Virus record (IMG/VR): IMGVR_UViG_3300037634_002953
Span: 38,638-102,637 of that record
Source: a virus
Lineage: Duplodnaviria; Caudoviricetes
Length of the DNA stretch: 64,000 nt
Reading direction: 5' to 3' (one strand)
Both the position numbers and the translations under genes were made by a program. Shown piece after piece: positions 58,192 through 64,000 of this stretch (its first letter is position 1; every line of letters starts with the position of its first letter). The notes under the pieces are model-generated. The model searched no databases. It was not told where the DNA came from and was given only the letters and a program-made list of their open reading frames with translations.

Positions 58192-60580
58192 CATGAATTT
58201 GAAAGAGTATGTTGTTCGACTTAAAAATACTGTAGATTTGAATGATTTTTACCACGACATGGAAAATGAAGGTGGTAATTTGACTATACCTGATCGCCAA
58301 GTCGATGTTAACAACAGACGCCCCAACAGTAAAGCAACTAATTATATGCTCACCGAAGAAGAAGCAGAAATAGTTAAACAAGATCCTCGGGTTCGATTTG
58401 TGGCCGAAGCAGAATATGATAGAATAGATGATCTAGATTGGGTCCACGAAGGTAGATTTTTGCGCAGATCCAGTGTGAGTATGGATTATACAGATTTCCA
58501 ATGGGGAATGTATCGACATATGGACGATGAACTAGAACCAGGCGAATATGATTATATGTCGAATACAGTAGGTAAAATTAACATTCCGTATACAGGTAAA
58601 AATGTAGATGTTATAATTGCTGATGATGTTGCACATGATCCAGACCATTATGAATTTTTAGATGATGATGGCAATTCAAGAGTAAAATATTATAATTGGT
58701 TTCAACATAGTCAAGATGTAGAGGGCATTTATCGTCCGCCATTTAGACATACTGGACAAGATTTATCAAGACATCATAATATCCATGTCGCTAGCACAGC
58801 AGTCGGAAGATCACAAGGCTGGGCAAAAGATGCAAATATATATTTTATCTCTGTTAATTTTGGCCAAGGTGGAAATTCTGATAGAATATCAGGCGATTAT
58901 GTGTTTGATTATATTCGTGAATTTCATGAAAATAAACCAATTAATCCGGAAACAGGTAGAAAAAATCCAACTATTGTTAATAATAGTTGGGGAGCATCAT
59001 ATGGATATTATCCGGAATTAGCATATATAAAAGAAGTATATGCGGATGGACAACATTATAGTAAACCATCTGGAGAATATAGCAAAGCAGGTCTTTTTGG
59101 AGTAGTAACCGATGAAAGGCCTATTCTCGATATCGTCGAGGGACCAACTGATCGCCAAAAATATGATTTTATAAGACAGACATACACAAATGGTTATTTC
59201 TCTGGACAATGGGCGCCAGAAGAACAGGCATACAGTGATATTCCAGATTATAGTAATTTGACCAAACTAGATCAAACAAGTTTAAAACTATCTACTGTGT
59301 CTATTCTTATTAATGATTCGTATCCAGATACTCTCAAAATGTATGGTATTTGGGACGATATCCCAACACCCTGGAATATAGATTTATGGTATGTAGATTC
59401 ATATGAAAAAAAGTGTTTAGTAGATACAGTAGGCAGATTGTCATTTCACACCATAAGGGATGCTGGATGGAGTATGTCTCTTACTGATCCTGGTATGACA
59501 GGAGTATTAACTGGAGCAGTTAGCTTAGAAAAACATGATGAAGAATCACAGTTTGTATATGCATATGAAACATGGTATGGAACTGACGGTGTGGCACCAA
59601 ATAGAGAATTTAGATTAGTCATTAAATCAACACACGATCCACTAGCAGTAGACATCAATAATCCGCCTGAACCAGACTCGTTAGTGGAAGTTCGTTTTTA
59701 CGAAAATGATGACACTAAAATTACTATGACGATAGAAAAGAATAGTTATACATGTTTTACTGGTAACGAGTTTACAGTAACTCAATTAAAAGAATGGGGA
59801 TATAAGCCGAGACATAATCATTCACCAAAACGTAACTCAGTAGAATCACAAGCAACGGTAGAAGATTGTATAGATGCGGGTATAATTGTAGTTGCTTCTG
59901 CCGGCAATGCGTATGGTCCTACACATCATGCACTTGATCCACGAAGTAACAATTGGGCATATATCGAAGATCCCGTTGAAGATTTTGTACATACATTTTA
60001 TTATAATCAGACAGGTCACCCAGCTTCCGCATATGGAGGAACAGATAAACAGGCTATAGTGGTTGGTGCATTAGATATAACAACTACGACAAATCGACAT
60101 CCAGAATATGCAATTGAACAACGAACAAATTTCAGTGACCATGGCACGTCGGTCGATTTGTTCGCGGCAGGCAAAGATGTAATGGGTGCAATGCCACGAA
60201 ATCATTATAGTAGCCAATATTTTTATAACAAAAATGGTAATACTTATTATGGCATGAGCGGAACATCGATGGCAACCCCACAGGTAACTGGTATATTGTC
60301 GTGTTTGTTACAAAAATATCCAGATATGGATCAACGACAAGCACGAGTATTATTGTCAAAGATCACAGGTGAACAAAATGCAGTTAGAGATTCGACAGCA
60401 GAAATAGATACATATATTGATCCATATACTGAATTGGTAGGAGCTACTGCCGATGTTCTGTATTATCCAGATATGAGAAAAGTTGATACGTCGATTTATC
60501 CAGAAGTTAACAATAAAGGTAGACCTAGCGACGGCGCGGTATATCCAAGATCACAAATAAAAAGAAGGAAAATAATTTAA
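58175..60580 (+). CDS. Subtilisin-like S8 serine protease with inserted domain
   Basis: VDVIIADD (Asp), HNIHVAST (His), ASAGN (oxyanion Asn), GMSGTSMATPQVTG (Ser); start may be ATG 58193. Confidence 0.88.
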   Translation: MKWRYNMNLKEYVVRLKNTVDLNDFYHDMENEGGNLTIPDRQVDVNNRRPNSKATNYMLTEEEAEIVKQDPRVRFVAEAEYDRIDDLDWVHEGRFLRRSSVSMDYTDFQWGMYRHMDDELEPGEYDYMSNTVGKINIPYTGKNVDVIIADDVAHDPDHYEFLDDDGNSRVKYYNWFQHSQDVEGIYRPPFRHTGQDLSRHHNIHVASTAVGRSQGWAKDANIYFISVNFGQGGNSDRISGDYVFDYIREFHENKPINPETGRKNPTIVNNSWGASYGYYPELAYIKEVYADGQHYSKPSGEYSKAGLFGVVTDERPILDIVEGPTDRQKYDFIRQTYTNGYFSGQWAPEEQAYSDIPDYSNLTKLDQTSLKLSTVSILINDSYPDTLKMYGIWDDIPTPWNIDLWYVDSYEKKCLVDTVGRLSFHTIRDAGWSMSLTDPGMTGVLTGAVSLEKHDEESQFVYAYETWYGTDGVAPNREFRLVIKSTHDPLAVDINNPPEPDSLVEVRFYENDDTKITMTIEKNSYTCFTGNEFTVTQLKEWGYKPRHNHSPKRNSVESQATVEDCIDAGIIVVASAGNAYGPTHHALDPRSNNWAYIEDPVEDFVHTFYYNQTGHPASAYGGTDKQAIVVGALDITTTTNRHPEYAIEQRTNFSDHGTSVDLFAAGKDVMGAMPRNHYSSQYFYNKNGNTYYGMSGTSMATPQVTGILSCLLQKYPDMDQRQARVLLSKITGEQNAVRDSTAEIDTYIDPYTELVGATADVLYYPDMRKVDTSIYPEVNNKGRPSDGAVYPRSQIKRRKII

Positions 60581-60601
60581 CAAAGTAGTTAATATTTTTA
60601 G

Positions 60602-60609
60602 TATAAATA
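60602..60609 (+). promoter_or_regulatory. Late promoter TATAAATA
   Basis: Exact T4 late consensus upstream of 60672. Confidence 0.65.
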
Positions 60610-60671
60610 TATAAAACAGCAAAAACTTAGAAAGTAAAGGATACCGACTAAGAAATTGCGAGGAAGTAAAA

Positions 60672-62483
60672 TTGGCAATAAACACTAATCACACTCTTAA
60701 TAAGATTGTGGCGACAGAAAACGACTTGGTGCTTGACGCGTATGATAATATTAATGTATCTACAAAACGCGTAGTTGATTTACAAGACCCAGTTGATTTG
60801 CAGGACGCAGTAACAAAAAAGTTTTTAACAGATAAGTTAGCCGAATTAGAGACAGGTTCTTCTACAAGTCTTGCTGATCTGGAAGCATTGATTGATACTA
60901 AACTCGCGAATATCGGAGACGTTCTTATTAAGTTAGCGCCACAAAAACCAGACTTTATAAGTTTAAAATCTTTAGAGGTGTTAAATGCACAGTCATATAG
61001 AATCACAGATTTCACACAAACAGATAATACCTCCAATGGACTAACTGCAAATGCTGGTGATATCGTAACTAATGTTTTACGCTCGGATGATTTTGCAACT
61101 AACTTATTAGAAGAAGTTGGACCAGGTGATTCCGGTATTGTTCAAATCAAGCGTAATGGATTAGTCACTTCAGAAGTGACACTTGATACAACAGAAAATA
61201 ATGGCACATTCACAGACACTGATTCATTAATAATCTCAAATAATGTTGATTATGGCACAATCACTGGCAATCCGTTAGGATTTGACTTTGTGTATAATGT
61301 ACAATCTACAGGAACAAATACAGTTCCGGAAGGTTGGAACAATGTGCAAATCAGACATGAATTAACAGAAGATTCAGAAGTGCTAACAAATGAAGTCACT
61401 TGGTATTCTGATCAAAGTAATCCAGGCGCTCCAACTATAACTAATAAAGTAATCACACCGAGTACAACAACTACTGGAGTGGTGCATAGTTCAACAGTGC
61501 CACACTACACCTCTGCGCAACAGTTTGATATTAGTTTTAGTGTCGGAGTATTGAGTGGTGATTTTTATCCATCAACTGATACATTTATAACTGCAACTGG
61601 ATCAAACCCCTCCGCTGTTAACAATATTAATAATCTTGCATATACCGATGTTGGAATAGCTACACCACTTCCTCGTAACTATCTCGCAACAGGTACACAC
61701 ACGGTTCTAACTAGTACAAATGTTAAATCCGGAACAGGTATTAGCGCAGCAAACGAAGGTCCTAGTATCATGATAACAAACAGTTATCAGAATACAACTA
61801 CTAAACTAGCCATAGCAGAGCAAGTTATCTATATGCTGGATGATGCTACATTCTTGAATGTTGATGAAACTAACATAGAAGTAGTTAATGTAGGATATGG
61901 TTCAGGTAATGCAACACGATATGAAACTGTTGGTACAGATACACCTAATCAAGCTACGGCTAACAGTTTTGATGGTCAAAATAGTGTGTTAAATAATTGG
62001 GACGCTACTGTAGTTGGCGGTGACGTTAAACATGATGAAACAGATTATTCAACTGGATATTTACCAGTTGGCCCGAACTTGAGCGAGAATCGTTCAAGTT
62101 CACAATATATTGTATTTGGATTCAACCGAACGGCTGTGTCTAAATTTGCTGTTGAATGGTCAGGAAAAATTAGTGGTTGTTGGGTAAGTATGCCTGGAAC
62201 AGCTATTGATGCAACCTCGACTTTAAACGGATGGCTCGATGCCACCGCCCCATATGAAGGCATTGGTATTCCTGGAGCAAACACAAGCACAAATGGCAAC
62301 GGTTCAAACGGTTGTGGTTTAGCTGGTGTTGCATCAACTGGAATCATTGTGAACAGTGAAACTTTTAATGTAACTTTCGGTACGGAGTCAAGCAGTAATG
62401 CAACAGACAACCTTATTGTAGTTCGGTTTAAACTGTTACAAGGAGATTATATCAATGCATTACAGTTTAAAACGGCAACGTAA
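60672..62483 (+). CDS. Virion structural protein
   Basis: L.DP...QDAVTK fibre motif, T/S/N-rich beta composition, late promoter. Confidence 0.6.
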   Translation: MAINTNHTLNKIVATENDLVLDAYDNINVSTKRVVDLQDPVDLQDAVTKKFLTDKLAELETGSSTSLADLEALIDTKLANIGDVLIKLAPQKPDFISLKSLEVLNAQSYRITDFTQTDNTSNGLTANAGDIVTNVLRSDDFATNLLEEVGPGDSGIVQIKRNGLVTSEVTLDTTENNGTFTDTDSLIISNNVDYGTITGNPLGFDFVYNVQSTGTNTVPEGWNNVQIRHELTEDSEVLTNEVTWYSDQSNPGAPTITNKVITPSTTTTGVVHSSTVPHYTSAQQFDISFSVGVLSGDFYPSTDTFITATGSNPSAVNNINNLAYTDVGIATPLPRNYLATGTHTVLTSTNVKSGTGISAANEGPSIMITNSYQNTTTKLAIAEQVIYMLDDATFLNVDETNIEVVNVGYGSGNATRYETVGTDTPNQATANSFDGQNSVLNNWDATVVGGDVKHDETDYSTGYLPVGPNLSENRSSSQYIVFGFNRTAVSKFAVEWSGKISGCWVSMPGTAIDATSTLNGWLDATAPYEGIGIPGANTSTNGNGSNGCGLAGVASTGIIVNSETFNVTFGTESSSNATDNLIVVRFKLLQGDYINALQFKTAT

Positions 62484-62492
62484 CGGAGGCAA

Positions 62493-63527
62493 TTGATGGC
62501 TATATCAAATGATAAAAAAATTGATTACCTTTGGAAAAAGCTCGGTTATAGTACTACTAAGACTGATGATGCTAATAAAAAATCTGCGTCAAACGAAAGT
62601 ATTCCGAGCCCGTTATTAATTCGTGGTGATGGTATTTGGGTCCAAAGTGATCAAATACCACCAATAATACCACAAACCAGTTCCACAATTGTAGAAGTAT
62701 TTAATGATTATCTAGCAAACACTGTCGAGTGTGTGATGGATAATACAAGTACCCCTCTACGAACATGGAAGACCAGTCTATTAGACTGGATACCTGTAGA
62801 ATTTGGACCAACATACCAAGTAAAAGTTTATGTCGACGATCCAGGTGCGAGTGATCCGCAAACTACTGGAACACGACTGTATCCTGATGGCTACGGTGAC
62901 GATGAATGGTTTTTTGATTATTCAAGCGGCACATTACATTTCATTGGTGACTCACTTCCCGCCAGTGTAATTAGTAGCAAATCAGTGTACATTGCTGGCG
63001 CTAGGTATTTTGGTTCTAAAGGCTTACAGGATTTTGATACTAGCGGCGCTGTCGCTGGTTCAATACCCGCATCGCAAACATTTACATCAGATGGTAGTGT
63101 GACATATCAATTGTCACACACACCTGCAAGCATTGAAGCAATTGATGTTTATGTATATGATGTTCTTCAAAGACCTGGAGAGGTGTACGGACTTATTGAC
63201 GATATGTTAATTTTTACCGTTACACCTTCTCCTGGCACTGATATATATGTGAAATATAGAACTGCATTCGCAACCGTTGTTGATAATCCAAATAGTAGTA
63301 TTGAAAATAAACATTTAAATTTAATATATACTAGCGATCAATACAATGGCGACGGTGCCCAAATAACATATGGTATTGATCCCGGTCATACAATACATGA
63401 TGTATTAGTGATTAAACAAGGATTAATATTACCCCCAACTGAATATTTTATTAATGGCACAGTGTTGACATTGATTAATCCTCCAGCATTGGGCGAAACA
63501 ATTGATATTCGATATCTACCAGTCTAA
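62493..63527 (+). CDS. Virion structural protein with two C-terminal beta repeats
   Basis: KIDYLWKK.GY, WFFDY.SG.L.F, repeated DG...Y....V.V..VLQ.P...Y.....L.F...P..G..I. Confidence 0.6.
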   Translation: MMAISNDKKIDYLWKKLGYSTTKTDDANKKSASNESIPSPLLIRGDGIWVQSDQIPPIIPQTSSTIVEVFNDYLANTVECVMDNTSTPLRTWKTSLLDWIPVEFGPTYQVKVYVDDPGASDPQTTGTRLYPDGYGDDEWFFDYSSGTLHFIGDSLPASVISSKSVYIAGARYFGSKGLQDFDTSGAVAGSIPASQTFTSDGSVTYQLSHTPASIEAIDVYVYDVLQRPGEVYGLIDDMLIFTVTPSPGTDIYVKYRTAFATVVDNPNSSIENKHLNLIYTSDQYNGDGAQITYGIDPGHTIHDVLVIKQGLILPPTEYFINGTVLTLINPPALGETIDIRYLPV

Positions 63528-63564
63528 TCTATATAATTAATTACAAGTGTAGTTAATATCCCAT

Positions 63565-63580
63565 GATAAATATATAAATA
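63565..63580 (+). promoter_or_regulatory. Tandem late promoter motifs GATAAATA-TATAAATA
   Basis: About 140 nt upstream of ATG 63718. Confidence 0.55.
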
Positions 63581-63717
63581 TTATTACTAGAGCCTATACG
63601 AGGCCCTAGTATTTTACTCTTGAATTTTCAGTTTTTTGTTCTTTAAATTACTGAAACTTTAGGAACATGTTCATACCGAGAGATGGACAATCAATATATT
63701 GATTGGAGAAAATAATA

Positions 63718-64000
63718 ATGGCTTTTAGACAAATTAAGTCGCCAGCACTGGCGAACCAAGCAGTTGTTAATACAAAACTAGATACATCAGCAATAACTGG
63801 CCAGTTGGCTGCTGCATCTGGTGATTTAACAGATGTGATTATGATGTATAGTGCTTCAGGTAATAGCCTTAAAAAGTTAACACTTGTAAATTTAATAAGT
63901 TCGTTTGATACTGCTAACCTTGCAGAAGGCAATAACCTATATTTCACTGACGCACGTGCCAAAGCTGCCGTAGCTAGTGATATTGCAGCAGCAGTTTTAG
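63718..64000 (+). CDS. 5' part of a fibre-like structural protein, truncated by the window edge
   Basis: GGAG RBS; MAFRQIKSPALA...TANLAEGNNLYFTDARA; open to the end. Confidence 0.7.
   Translation, partial: MAFRQIKSPALANQAVVNTKLDTSAITGQLAAASGDLTDVIMMYSASGNSLKKLTLVNLISSFDTANLAEGNNLYFTDARAKAAVASDIAAAVL

Noticed and set aside
1015-63962. Many short antisense or alternate-frame ORFs in the track (e.g. 8128-8550, 37834-38259, 42540-43163, 51077-51568, 63648-63962)
   Set aside because: They are shadows of well-supported genes on the other strand or frame, with no motifs or RBS.
1-64000. Stop-codon reassignment as in some jumbo phages
   Set aside because: Genes are full length in the standard code, and TAG (3228, 39192) and TGA both end genes at sensible positions.

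Overview
A 64-kb segment of an AT-rich, T4-related large (probably jumbo) myovirus genome in standard genetic code. 1-11.6 kb is a sugar-biosynthesis, glycosyltransferase and radical-SAM region that also carries thyA and folA. 11.6-34.5 kb (minus strand) is a late tail/baseplate operon: fibre proteins, a 3615-aa wedge protein, gp6, gp25, an HNH nuclease, split gp5, hub, gp53, a gp48/54-like protein and a nucleotidyltransferase. From 34.5 kb come the late sigma factor gp55, gp47/gp46, a Holliday-junction resolvase, a ~700-nt ORF-free highly structured region, a gp26-like gene, three tandem tape-measure-like paralogues, the head module (gp20, gp21, gp22, gp23), an early cassette with DNA ligase, and late virion genes including a subtilisin. 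Top leads: (1) a candidate large structured ncRNA and/or origin element at ~39.2-39.9 kb; (2) a -1 frameshift with pseudoknot joining the gp26-like gene to an unannotated gp51-like ORF, a lambda G/GT-style chaperone, next to three tape-measure paralogues; (3) a phage pathway for a C-methylated amino sugar plus glycosyltransferases, possibly glycosylating the virion. All family calls come from motif recognition by eye, not database searches.
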